Source: Basidiobolus meristosporus CBS 931.73 (Eukaryota > Fungi > Basidiobolomycota). From it: a DNA stretch of 64,000 nucleotides. Positions 37,501 to 48,800 of the stretch are shown here, in pieces (the stretch's first letter is position 1; each line of letters starts with the position of its first letter). The stretch spans positions 62,001 to 126,000 of the forward strand of contig MCFE01000107.1 of assembly GCA_002104905.1 (NCBI GenBank). Direction: 5' to 3'. The notes beneath the pieces were generated by a model, which made no database searches, had not been told where the DNA came from, and was given only the letters and a program-made list of their open reading frames with translations. The position numbers and the translations under genes are program-made.

Positions 37501-38510
37501 TGATCATCCTAGTTCTTTATGTGGACGACCTAATTATAGCTACAAGTGATCAAGAGGCACTTAAACAGACAAGATCAGATCTCTTCAGCAAGTTTGGGAT
37601 GAAAGATCTTGGAAAATTGAGCTATTTTCTTGGAATTGAGGTCAAATTTGACATACCTACGCAGAAAATTGTGCTGAATCAGTCTAAGTACATCAGGGAC
37701 ATTCTTAGACGCTTCAAAATGGAAAATTACAAGCCTGCAGCAGCCCCTATGGACAATAACCTGAAATTAAGCAAATCTCAGCCAGTTATGGATGAAAACG
37801 GCTCAAATATGGACCAAAACTTTCCCTATCAATCAATGGTTGGTAGCCTAATGTACTTGATGGTGTCCACACGTCCAGATATTGCAGTAGCAGTTGGAAT
37901 AGTCAGTCAATTCATGCAGAATTATGGATCAGATCAAATTGCAGCAGTTAAGCGGATTTTCAGATATCTACAAGGTACCATAAATATGGTACTGAAATAC
38001 TCTGGAGCAGCTAATAGGCAAAAATTTGATGGTTATAGTGATTCAGATTGGGGTAGAGATCTGATTGACAGACACTCTACCACAGGCTATGTATTTCTTT
38101 ATGCTGGTGCAGCTATTACTTGGAATTGCAAGAAACAACCAACTGTGGCACTATCTACAACTGAAGCCAAATATATGGCTGCATGTCAAGCAACTAAGGA
38201 GGCTATATGGCTACAAAAATTATTCAAAGACTTAGGTTTTAATTCAGGTGAACCAACATGTATTTACAAGGATACTCAAAGTTGTATTTCATTAGCTAGA
38301 AATCCTACTAATCATGCCAGAACTAAGCACATTGATATACAGCATCACTTTGTGAGGGTAGCTGTAGAAAATAACCTAGTAGAGCTGGTTTACTGCCCAA
38401 CTGACAAAATGGTGGCAGACATATTGACAAAACAACTAGCTAGGCCACAGTTTGAGATCCTTAGAGAGAAATTGGGATTAAGAAATTATTTAGTTGAGGG
38501 GGAGTGTTGA
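34593..38510 (+). CDS. Copia gag-pol polyprotein (1305 aa, uninterrupted)
   Basis: gag; CNYCKKPGHWAREC zinc knuckle; WYIDSGAS protease; WHRRLGH/CKGC; integrase HSDICGP-FIDD-SDNGGEY-PQQNGVAE; RT QMDVKTAFLNG and LYVDDL; RNase H YSDSDW...ADILTK. Order PR-IN-RT-RH is diagnostic of copia. The stop codon lies in the first bases of the 3' LTR. Confidence 0.97.
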   Translation: MTSTSKQSNTNIFPVKERFDRKNYRPWRIKMQIHLEERKLWNIVTGKEVEPKGTAGDVEKFQEKERKAFNAICINVQDSFIGQVHASNNAKAAWESLEKIFRAKSVSSKLYLKQKFFNMRKKPDDDMLQLITRMETLAEELYSINAGVDDEEKILCLLCSLPDKYEPLILSFKSREDNLTLDYVKERLLHEELRRNDQAEKIEDNALFSSERHTEKKGKQQNRRKPGCCNYCKKPGHWARECKKKQADKKQKLEQANHITTDEQLFVTVQESASNQSNEWYIDSGASQHICGIKDWFSNLKTIPVRKVYLGDNSALEATASGSIQLNMSDNSGATTAKLTDVLYVPGIAKNLLSVGKATTQGLKFVFTKLSCSILSENGQKLALGIRDHNIYKLQYKIIVPEYVNIAETDETNWETWHRRLGHIGEQKMSQLVKNQLVLGLKYSIPIKLNVCKGCSYGKQARQRFKSSEGINTTEILAIVHSDICGPMTTLSFGAKRYFMTFIDDKTRYTWVYFLKTKDEALETFKHFKNMAETQTRCKLEVPQSDNGGEYCSKEFAKYCLSTGILQQTTVPHTPQQNGVAEPANRTIVEMARSILHDKGMDYKFWAESVATAVYIKNRCPTTALRDSTPFEAYTGKKPDLQHLRIFGSDVFYHIPDKKRSKLEPKSRKGIFLGYCEDTKGYRVYDGEIQKLIKSRDVVFEENSDQKATEIIGQLPDDAINTNEEDTYQIQPEMEDTSTSSRSEQIIPVRRSTRIRNAPGSWWQTSNDHEEAYLALCAKPQNLVQAMHGPDATRWQQAMQEEYQSLIKAKTWELVDLPNGRKPIGCRWVYKIKITSNGAVDKYKARLVAKGYSQIQGLDFKETFAPVAKFNSIRTVLALAAVHSLDLHQMDVKTAFLNGDLQETIYMEQPEGFTDPKSPHKVCKLRKLLYGLKQAPRAWYNKIDTYLEEIGFSRSTADHSIYVKQLKKGVIILVLYVDDLIIATSDQEALKQTRSDLFSKFGMKDLGKLSYFLGIEVKFDIPTQKIVLNQSKYIRDILRRFKMENYKPAAAPMDNNLKLSKSQPVMDENGSNMDQNFPYQSMVGSLMYLMVSTRPDIAVAVGIVSQFMQNYGSDQIAAVKRIFRYLQGTINMVLKYSGAANRQKFDGYSDSDWGRDLIDRHSTTGYVFLYAGAAITWNCKKQPTVALSTTEAKYMAACQATKEAIWLQKLFKDLGFNSGEPTCIYKDTQSCISLARNPTNHARTKHIDIQHHFVRVAVENNLVELVYCPTDKMVADILTKQLARPQFEILREKLGLRNYLVEGEC
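38496..38504 (+). promoter_or_regulatory. Polypurine tract
   Basis: GAGGGGGAG directly before the 3' LTR TGTTG. Confidence 0.9.
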
Positions 38511-38873
38511 AATATTGGACTATTTGGTATCATTCAGCAACTAAAAATTTACTTAACAATTCTAGGCTAGTCTTAGTCACTGTAGGACTCATTTACTGCC
38601 TTAACTTCGCCACTTTCTCCAGATATATGATCTTATGATTATTCCCCTATAGTCAGGATCAAATTAGCACTATTACCAAACATTATGTACTAACCCTGAA
38701 ACTGTTACAGAATGCTCCTGAATATTGAGAAACCCTCCCTACTTAGTGTTGCAGCTGTATTACTTCTACAAAGGTATAAATACTGAGCTTCTTTATGAAT
38801 AAACAACAGTTCAACTATTATCACTATTTCTTGATACGTTCCTTACATCCAAATCACTTCTTAAATTGCAACA

Positions 38874-39092
38874 AGTACCACATTGAGCCTTGAGTGCCAA
38901 ATGATGCCATAGTGTGCCAGGGAGGCCAAGTGGGCGTGTACTTGGCCATAAAGTGTGAAACATAGTTCTTGAACTTTATGCAAAGCAGTGTCTGTGCTTC
39001 ACTAGTTGTGCTGGAGAAAATCCATTTTTGACCTTTTTTGGGATCATTTGGCGCTCATGGCTCAATGTGGCACCATCCAACAGAACAAGTCC
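38874..39092. mobile_element. Internally deleted MITE lacking its first ~18 bp
   Basis: Starts at AGTACCACATTGAGCC (inside the TIR) and ends CAGAACAAGTC. Confidence 0.8.
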
Positions 39093-39728
39093 ATCTTATT
39101 GCATAAGTTATTCCCCACTTTATGTAAGATTACTAAATGTAAGTGCTTCTGTATTAGGCAAGCACCTGTGCCAGTACCTGTCACACATGACCCAACTGTG
39201 TCCCCATCACTACCTTTTCTACTCCATATATGGTATCCCTATGTTACACTGGTTTCAGGATACCAATCCCTGATTAGTTGGATGTGCTGTGCCCCTTAAA
39301 ACCTGCCAGCATCTAAGAACATTCTTAGCATATTCTAATGTTATTAAGATTTCTATTGATCATCAGAACCTTCTGGATTACCATGATTAGTAATCACCTG
39401 GCCAGTGAGTGTAGTATATAAGGGAGGTAATCCCTGCACAATGAATTATCATCCCTTTTATCAGTATGCCAACTTGCTAATTAGTGCAATCACTGCTACC
39501 TGCTGCTTCCCAAACTTCTAATCCCAGACCACAGGACACTCCCAGGAAACCAGGCCATTAGCCCACTGACCTTTGAGGCACTACCTGTGAGGGATACTCA
39601 GAGGAGATATCTTTTAATATATCTTACGCTTTCCTAGTTTACTCTTCTGCAGGGAAAGATACCTTTCTGTCCTTGTAGCTATTGTCCACAGCTGTATTCT
39701 TATCAAGGCCCTGCTGGTGAAGTTTACA
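39093..39728 (+). repeat. LTR-like repeat family L2
   Basis: Homologous to 4989-5594 reversed; contains TATATAAGGG; ends TTTACA. Confidence 0.6.
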
Positions 39729-39829
39729 GCCATTTTCACTTTGGAAGCTTTTGAAAGCTTTGTATGTTGTCATCCCAGAGGATGCTGAACCCAGCACATA
39801 CTTTTGTTAAAATGCCAGTTAGTTTGGGG

Positions 39830-39945
39830 ACTGTAGCTCAATGGTTTTTCCTTGACAAGCTTGTGGCTATAGTCCCCTTCACATTAAAGTAGAGACAAAG
39901 CTCAAGTTTTTCTAGCAAGCTTTTGCAAGAGGTTATTGCTCCCAT
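39830..39945 (-). repeat. Short ORF-X fragment
   Basis: Two short patches (gcaa..cttgcaaaagcttgctagaa; cacaagcttgtcaaggaaaaa) resemble 9560-9700. Confidence 0.45.
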
Positions 39946-39949
39946 TGAA

Positions 39950-42396
39950 CACATCACGCACAAAACACTTGAGAAGTGTTGGATGTATCTCTACCATAGA
40001 CTCAAGCACCACCACACCAGATATATTACAGTAACACCCCATCTAAAGAAGATCATGCAGTGCAGCAAATAATGTGAAGCTATAAACAAATTGACTCAGC
40101 ATCAATCAAGTGCCAACATTTCCAATATATTATATGGCAAACATACAAGCAACTAAGAAGCAAGTGCCACTTTGAATGGATGTATGGCCATGCCTTGGCC
40201 TAGGTACTTAATGGAGTCTCATTAGACAAGTACTCCACCACTAAATCCTGCTGGCTACTAATTCTTATCACCTTGAATTTGTCACCAATCTATTGGTATT
40301 GGAGCAGATATCTGATGGTAATGGCTGCTGGTATTTTGGCCTAAATCACCATTCAACCTGGAGAGCTAACTGTATCCATTGGTGGATGGATATTGTATGC
40401 TTTCCAGCAGAATATAGTTATATGGCTGTCATGCCAAAGCACATATTATTATCTGTATTGGGCATACCCCAGCCATCAGCAAGATAGCCGGCTTTTCTAG
40501 GCACAATAATCAGTATTGCTGTTGAATATGTGAGATTCAGGGGAGTTACTCCATAACGCAAACACATTTTATTATGCAAAAAACTACACTAAGTGCATCA
40601 TCTTCCCACAGAGACAACATACAGAAGTCAGCATGCAATTGCAGCAAAGCTTGCAAGCTAAAAGCCACTGGGCAGAATATAAAACTAATTAGAAACTGGA
40701 GATACTTAAGCTAGAGAGTATCTGTTAGCACAAAACTTTCCACTGAGAGCATTGCATTGCCTGTTCAACAATATTCCTGTGCTAGTGACCAAGTTGAGCA
40801 TAGCACATTCCATGCAGAACAAGCTCTTTGAGATACCAGAGAATTTTGAAAGAACTAGTAAGATATTGCACTGTATCTGCTACAAGAAGTACCTCTTGCA
40901 AGCTTCAATTAATATTCATGTGCATATGCAACTATATAAATGCAGGGGCTGGAGGAGTTAATATGTATCTATTCAAGTGACCTTCTGGAGCCATTTATAA
41001 CAAGAGTACATTGCAGGCATTGTGAGCCATATAGTGATATTGTAGGAATACCTATCAAGAAGTGGAGTACCAATGCCAATTTGACACATCTACTACTTTT
41101 ATTCAAGGAGTTTGTGTCAGGATTTGAGTGGCTATACTACAAGAATAGAGCTGCGCACATAGATCTCTGCTGCCACTCTTTTTGTTATCTACTCCATCTT
41201 GCTAAGCATGTGGAGAATATTGGGCCTTACTTTACCTGTTGATTGTTTCCTTAGAGCAGATGTGTGGGGAGATAGGAAGACAAGTCAAGTTTCAGGTATT
41301 ACCATAACCAGTCTCATCAGCTGCTTTACCTTCAACTCCATCATGGAATTGATGAGTTGGCACATGGAGGACAGCTAGGAATAGTTGGAGAACACTGAGA
41401 ATAGCTTTGCACATGGATAGACCTATGCCTTCAGAACTAAGAAGCTAAGCAGTCCCAATTAGTGGGTAATCAATCAAGTTATGCATGAATAGGTTGGCCA
41501 CAACAAGCAACTTATTTCTATTATGACAGCTTTATCAAAGTATACAAGCTATGTCTTAGTCACAAGCCAGTCTGTATGCCACTCAATCTGGAATTCACAC
41601 AAATACAAGCCAGAATGCACCTATCAGGGAGTCTAGAATCTAATAGGGAAAAGGAATATATTGGCTAACTACTACAGAGCTCATTTTGGATATTCAGGAG
41701 GTACTCATGGCAACAGTGGTGTCAACCAAACATACATATGCAAGAGGTGTATGTTACCAGCAACAAAAGGTAAGTAGCAACTTTGCAAGTACCATGCTGA
41801 AAAGCTGTAAGGTTGGGGCAATAGTAGTGTGTTAATTGCAGCAGGTATGTGTGCATGTAGAGGTTAGTAAGCAGGATGCCATACCACATTATGAAATGAG
41901 CTATATATGTAATACCTAATGTAGTAGTGGTCAGCAAGTAAAGAAGGGTGATTCTACAGTGGAGTAAACATATGGCCTAAGGGGAGGTTGAAAAAGCAAA
42001 TACTATTAGGTAAGTTGGCTCAGTAGTATTATACAGAACTAACTGTAGGCTACCATACTGCTGTCATAATGCAAGCAGAGGTCTGCAATGAGGCCATTGG
42101 ATCACTACAAAGCTTCTTGCCATAGGTGGCAATTGAATGTATTAGCTGGTTAGTTCCACTCAAACTGATCTGAAATGCATCAAGATCATCAGAATGCCAT
42201 GCAATTCTTGTCAAAAGAATGCTTTGATGCTGTCAAGTATTGACATTACTTGGCAGAATGTTCTGCAAATGCCATCACAATCCATTTTAAGACTGTGTAG
42301 AGGGTCAATAATTCTAACCTGCTAGCATTATGACAGCCTTATGGTAGGATCCTGATGACTGTTCCAGATTAGATCCACCTGTGTGTCCCAATTCAT
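39950..42396 (+). mobile_element. CACTA/EnSpm transposase pseudogene plus downstream region
   Basis: LILITLNLSPIY; IPAISKIAGFSRHN..C..CEIQG; FEWLYY...LLHLAKHVENIGP (40940-41242). Confidence 0.85.
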
Positions 42397-43135
42397 AGAC
42401 CTGTTTCATTGGGTGGTGCTGCATTGAGGCATGAGTGCAAAATAGTGTCATGGTGTGCCAGAGAGGCAAAGTAGCCTATACCTGTCTACAGAATGATAAA
42501 AGTTGCTCTGCATTTCTATGCAATGTAGCCCTTGTACACACCTCCTGTAATGGAGAAAATCCAATTTTTGAGCTTTTTTGAGATTTATTGTGAGCAAAAT
42601 GTGTAGGAGTGCAGAAAGACTGAAGTCACACATTTAGTAGGCAATACTTATGGCATTCTGATTCTAGCTGCAGAGGCTTGAGGTATGCTTCAAAAGTGCA
42701 TGGCCCTATCTTAGTCCAATAGTACAATAAGGTGGTATTAGTGCTTTGTATGAGTGTTACTTCAGAGCTGATATTTCAACATAGTGGCAGATAGAATCAG
42801 TAGACCAAGAGAGTGTGATGCATTTTTGTTACTTGTTACAAGCCTCTGCAGCTAGACTAACAGTGTCATAGGAATTGAGTACCAAGTATATGTCCTCAGT
42901 CCATCTGCATTCTTCTGATTCTTACATACTGTGCACAATATGAACCCCAAAGAATATGTCAAAAATTGGGTTTTCTCCAGAACAGAAGGTGAAGCTCAGA
43001 GGTGCATTTGCATGAGAAAATAGAATTGTGTTTCCCTTTGTGTAGCAAAGTTAAGGTCTACTATGCCACTATAGCATGCCAAGGCACTATCTTGCACTCA
43101 TAGCTCAATGTGGCACTATCCAGTAGAACAAGTCA
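42397..43135. mobile_element. Older full-length MITE of the 6126 family
   Basis: AGACCTGTTT...GAACAAGTC ends, same arm-spacer-arm layout, more diverged; TSD degenerate. Confidence 0.85.
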
Positions 43136-43249
43136 ATTTTTCACAGGGCTAGAGTTCTTCCTTCCTGCACAAATACTGCTTTAATTACCTGGCTTATTGA
43201 TTGTTCTATATCACTGATATTGATGAAAAGACAACACTTCTGAAGCTAC

Positions 43250-43560
43250 AACATTGCATCATTCACAGTAGATGGATTTTTGTACACACTTGGCTCCATC
43301 AAGTATCCTTGGCATTATCTTCTGTTGATGTTGCTGCATTGCATATTGGTACCTTGCTAATCTCATACAGAGTACTGCAGCATGGAGAGATAGTCTCACA
43401 ATCCATTGATGAGCCTTCTTCCTCAGAGCTCCCACTCTGAAGGCCATATTCAGAAGGCTGAGATAAGCCAAATGGTGTCATAAACTATCCTGACTCAGCT
43501 TGCACATGGTGATAGGTGCAGCTAGTTGCTATTACAGTAGAATCAAGTAGCAGACAAGAT
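43250..43560 (-). mobile_element. CACTA N-terminal fragment
   Basis: Homologous to 8410-8700 (SEYG..S..SEEEGS.MDC..SK.PIC..NAKD). Confidence 0.6.
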
Positions 43561-45830
43561 GTTGCTAGCACAGTAGTATGTGAAGAGCTCAAATATAGGA
43601 CTTGTGTGGCAGCACACTGGCCATGAGCCTTCTAATACTTCATATGTTATCAGAATGCTTGATAGCTGAGAGGCTTATTTCAGTGGCCACATTACTTTTT
43701 TTCCCTTCTTTTATGGCATTGAGTCAAAGTAGTCTTGTCCATGGGCCAGAGAGCTTGACACTTTACAGCATAAAGCCATTATATCCCTCTTTTGTTAATA
43801 TTCATGTGAGCTTTGACAGTCTTGTACTTGAGATATTGCACTTACAATAATGTAAAATTCAATGAGGTCCCTCTAAAGTAATCACTATAAAAAAGGTTGT
43901 GGCACATCCCTGCTAGAAATTAGGTTAGCATTCTCTAGATTTGTAGGTATTTATCTAAGTGACTAAGTTAGACAAATACTTAGGTAGAATTCCAGATCTT
44001 TGTGACAAAGACCACTTCTGAATTGTTGTAATGAAAATTTACTAGGCTTTTTGTAATATCTAAGGCACAGTTTCTTAATAATCTTTGCATGGTGTTCACA
44101 TAGCATCAGCACCTGTTAGTCATAGGATTAAGGTCTTTTAGTGGCCTTTCAATGGGATAATCAAAATTATTTTTTCATAATATTAACAATAGTTGAAATT
44201 TGCAAATTCAATGCTCCAGGGCAAAAGTAATAAAAAAATACCTGAAAGTCCTCAACAAATATCTACTGGTTATCTTCAGCTGCTAAGAAAAATATCTAAG
44301 ATAGAATTCCTGACTACAAATATGCTCCAAGGAGAAATAACAAAAGATCTGATGAATAGAGGTATCCTATAGGTTGATGAAATGAAATCTCAGGGCATAT
44401 AAACTGGTGCCAAAGATGTGATAGTACTTTCCTGCCTGATTGGCAAGCCTCAGGGCCTTGGATCTACTCCAAGTTCAAAACAAGATATCTGACTTTAAAT
44501 TATGTATAGAAAAGGCTCCTGCAAGAAGTATGGGAAAATCAAGCTCCAATACAAACAAAGAAGATGCATCAATAAGCAATAATCAGCACCATAGGAGCTA
44601 CTCACTACACTATAAAGGCAGCAGCATTATATCTTGCAGCTACTGAAATAGGACACAATATATAGCAGACTAGTGCTGTGAGTGTAAAGATAATTAGCAG
44701 AAAAAGTTGGAATAGGCAAATGCTGCAACAACTAATGTTAATCTATTTGATTTACACTATGTATGACCACTAACAGGGACTTTCAGATATATGATATTAT
44801 CTCAGGCTCATCTAAGCAATTTATAGAGCAGTAAGAGAAATTTTACCTACATCATGAGATTGTAACTGACAAGGTGTTTGTAGGTGACAATGAAACACTT
44901 ACTACAGTTGGACAGGGCACCATCCAAGCAAACCTCATAGGTAGAGAAAGTGATTGTACACAGACCTTGAGGGATATATGCTATGAATTAGATATAGCAA
45001 TGGATCCACTATCTGAAGGCAAGGGCACTGCTCAAGAACCAAGTAGTAGGTTTGTCAATTCTAGATGCAAGATCAATTGTCCAAATGGTGCATATTTTGC
45101 TTCAGGTATTAAAGATCATAATATATGCAAGTGGGCTTAAATGCCATAAAATCAGGAATTCAGTATAAGTATCTTATTAAAAAAGCACTAATGCTCTGGT
45201 ATGGGAGATTTGAGCTCATCTATTATGATTAATTGAGGGAAATAGTCCAAAATTAGCAAACATTGCAATAATAACTGTTCTCCCTATCACTTTGCAAAGC
45301 TTTCAGGCCAACATGTATGGGAAATAAGTCCAATGACTATTCATGAGCAGTGGGTCAATCAAAACTAGGTATAAATCAAATCTACTCCATTTAAAGCTCT
45401 ACAGGCCTATATAAAACTCATTCTTTGTTGGGATGAAATATTTCATAGCATTGATTGATGACTGTACAAGATATGTGTAGTCCTATGCCATAGAAAAAAA
45501 GTAATACACTCTTTCTTAGCTTGGAGAATCTAAAACCTTTGTCAAGTGGGAGACTAGTGCTAAAATTAAGAAATTATGCATAGCTATTGGTGCAGATTAT
45601 ACCACAAGACTAATTGTTCACTATTGTAACATGCATGGGACAACACAAGCAACCACTATGCCATACTTCCAACATGAAAAAAGTGAAGTTCCAGAGTGAG
45701 CAAACAGATCATTAATGGATATTTCAAGAACTATAAGCCATGATCAGAATTGTTCCATGATTTTAGGACATATCACTTGCTACAGCTGTGTACCAGAGAA
45801 TAGAAGTAATATCAGAATACATCTTGATTC

Positions 45831-48800
45831 TGTTGTAAGAGTCTTGGAGATATTGGAAGTGATTGGGCAAACAAGTAGATTATGTAGTTTTCACTTGATG
45901 ATTTATTGAATATAAAAGTAATATTTATACTTTTACATGGCCTTGGCACAACCAACAAGTAGAATAGGCTGAGGAAGGTCCCAAGAACATGTGTACAAAG
46001 CTTAGGGCTGTTTGGACAACTTTGAGAATTTTCATGTTCTGGGTACCTGATATTTTGGTGACAATATACTAAGTAAATCCCAACAAGAAATTTGGTCAGT
46101 ATTCTCTAGGATTTGAAGGTGATGATCTAAGTGACCAAGTTAGGTGAATATTTAGGTGGAATTGCAAATTTTTACAACACTCCCACTCAGTTAAATGTTC
46201 ATACTGGCTAGTCCTAATTTTGACCTCAGATATTCAAACTTGTCTCTAGCTAATGGTTTGGTAAATATGTCTGCAATCTTTCATCTGTAGGACAGTGAAC
46301 TAAGCTAACCAAGTTATTCTCTATAGCTTCATGTATGAAATGATGTCTAATATCTATGTGCTTGGTTCTAGTATGAAAAGTTGGATTTCTACCTAATTGT
46401 AAACATCCTCATTTATCTTAAAATAAAGTAATAGGCGTTTTTTGACATAGGCCTAAATTTGTAGAAAGCATTCTTAACCACATTGCTTCTTTTGTAGATT
46501 CACAGACTGCCATGTACTCTGCCTCTGTGGTAGAAAGTGCTACAGTTGGTTGCTTTCTTGAATTCCATGAAATTGCTCCTTTACAGTAAAGAAAGGTGTA
46601 TCCTGTAGTGGATCTTCTGTCTTCTAAACTTTGTCCCCAGTCAGCATCAGAGTATCCCACAAGATCCTGTTCTAAATATTTATTAGTGTATCTTAAGTAG
46701 ATATCAGCAGTTCATTTTAGATATTTAAAAATCTGCTTAACTGCTGCAATATGATCAGATCCATAGTTCTGATTATGCAGGCTGACAACTCCACTGAATA
46801 TGAGATATCTGGACATGTTCCAAGCATGATATACATCAGACTGCCAATCATAGATTGATAAGGAAAGTCAGGGCTTTCAGATGGCACCAAGCTCTCTTGA
46901 TTTGGCTGTGTTTTGACCAAGTTAAGGTTTGTCTCCATTGGGGTAGCTGCTGGTTTACAGTCTTCCATTTGGTACTTCTTTAGTATATCTTGAATATACT
47001 TGGATTGGCTTAGGGTAATAGTCTGGGTACTTCTGTCTATGGAGAACCTAACTCCTAAGTAGTAACTGAGCTCCCCTAGATCAGACATCTTGAACTCCTT
47101 AGATATGCTGGATTTAGTCTCTTCCAATGTTTCTAGGTTATTGGTGGCTATAATAAGATCATCCACATATAGAGCTAATAGAACTGGATTTGCTCTATCA
47201 GGCTTATAGTATATACTATAGTGAGCATTACTCCTTTTGAAGCTCAGAGATTCCAGATAAGAATCTATCTTGCAATTCAAGGCTCTTGTTGATTGATTGA
47301 GACCATAAAGGGACTTTTTAAGCCTGCAGACCAAATAGGGGCTATCTTAGTCAACAAGCCCATCAGGCTGGTCTATATACATGTCCTCATCAAGTTCTCT
47401 ATTCAAAAATGCAGTTTTTACATCCATTTGATGTATAAAAAACTTATATTTAGCTGCAATAGCCAATACTAATCTGATGGAATTAAACTTAGATACTGGT
47501 GCAAAGGTCTCAGTATAGTCAAGTCCTTATGTTTGAGAGTATCCTTTGGCCACAAGTCTTGCTTTGTATCTTTCAACTGTACCATCAGCCTTATATTCTA
47601 TCTTGAAGACCCATCTGCATCCAATTGATTTGTGGTTGATTGGTAATTTGACTAAGTCCCAAGTTTGACTTTCCATGAGGGCCTAATATTCCTCAGTCAT
47701 TGCAGATCTCCAAAACTTTGTCTGAGGGCTATTTAGGGCCTCTTTTACAGTCTGGGGCTCATCAATATGGACTGAATAGGCATAGGCTAACTTTGTACCC
47801 TCATTAATATAGTAATTTGAGCTATTTCTTGTCAAATTAAATCTCTGGGCATTTGATACTGAAATGATCACTTCTGGGATATTCCTGGGCACTGATTCTG
47901 GCTGAACCACAGTTTTAGGGTCCTCTGGAGCAAAATATGTTTCATTGTTTTGCTCTGACTCAATCCTGACAATAGGTGGACTTGAGATCAGATTTTCTTC
48001 ATCTGCTGATATCATTTTTTGTGAAAATTTTGAGTTTTCATAAGGCAACACATCCCTGGACTTGATTAACTTCTTTGCCTTAGTATTGCAGAGTCTGTAT
48101 GCTTTAATCTCATTGCAGTAGCCCAAAAATATGCATTGTACACTTTTTGGCTCAAATTTTGATTGATTTCCGGCCAGTTTTTTGGCATATGCTGTGCACC
48201 CAAATATTCTTAGATGTTCTGCACTTGGTCTGTATTCATACCATGCTTCAAATGGAGTAGAATCACAAAGTATTCTGTTATAACTCCTATATTTAAGGTA
48301 TACAGCAGTGGCAACTGATTCCGCCCAAAAATCATAGGATAATTTTTGATCATGGATCATAGATCTTGCCATATCAATTATTGGCCTGTTAGCTTGTTCT
48401 GCTACTCCATCCTGGCAGTTTCTTGGCATATGCTGTACACCCAAATATTTGTATATATTCTGTACTTGGTCTGTATCCATTCCAAGCTTCAAGTGGAGTA
48501 GAACCACCAAGTATTCTGCTATAACTCCTATATCTCAGGTATACAGCAGTGGCAACTGATTCTGCTCAAAAATCATAGGATAATTTTTGATCATGGATCA
48601 TAAATCTTGCCATGTCAATTATTGATCTATTAGCACATTCTGCTACTCCATATTGCTGTGGGGAGTATGGTACAGTAGTCTCTTACTTTATCCCATAAAC
48701 TTTGCAGAAGTGATGTAGAGTTTTGAGGTATATTCTCCACCATTGTCAGAGCGTATTTTCTTGATTTTTTCACCAGTTTCTCTCTCCACCATGGCTTTAA

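Larger units (their letters stand above)
34188..38873 (+). mobile_element. Full-length Ty1/copia family A (4686 bp)
   Basis: 369-bp LTRs at 34188-34556 and 38505-38873 (TG...CA, 5 mismatches), PBS, PPT and a single ORF; flanks GTTTT / AGTAC do not form a TSD. Confidence 0.97.

Noticed and set aside
43883-43896. CACTATAAAAAAGG as a CACTA terminus
   Set aside because: No matching inverted end or TSD found, and it lies next to an LTR fragment.
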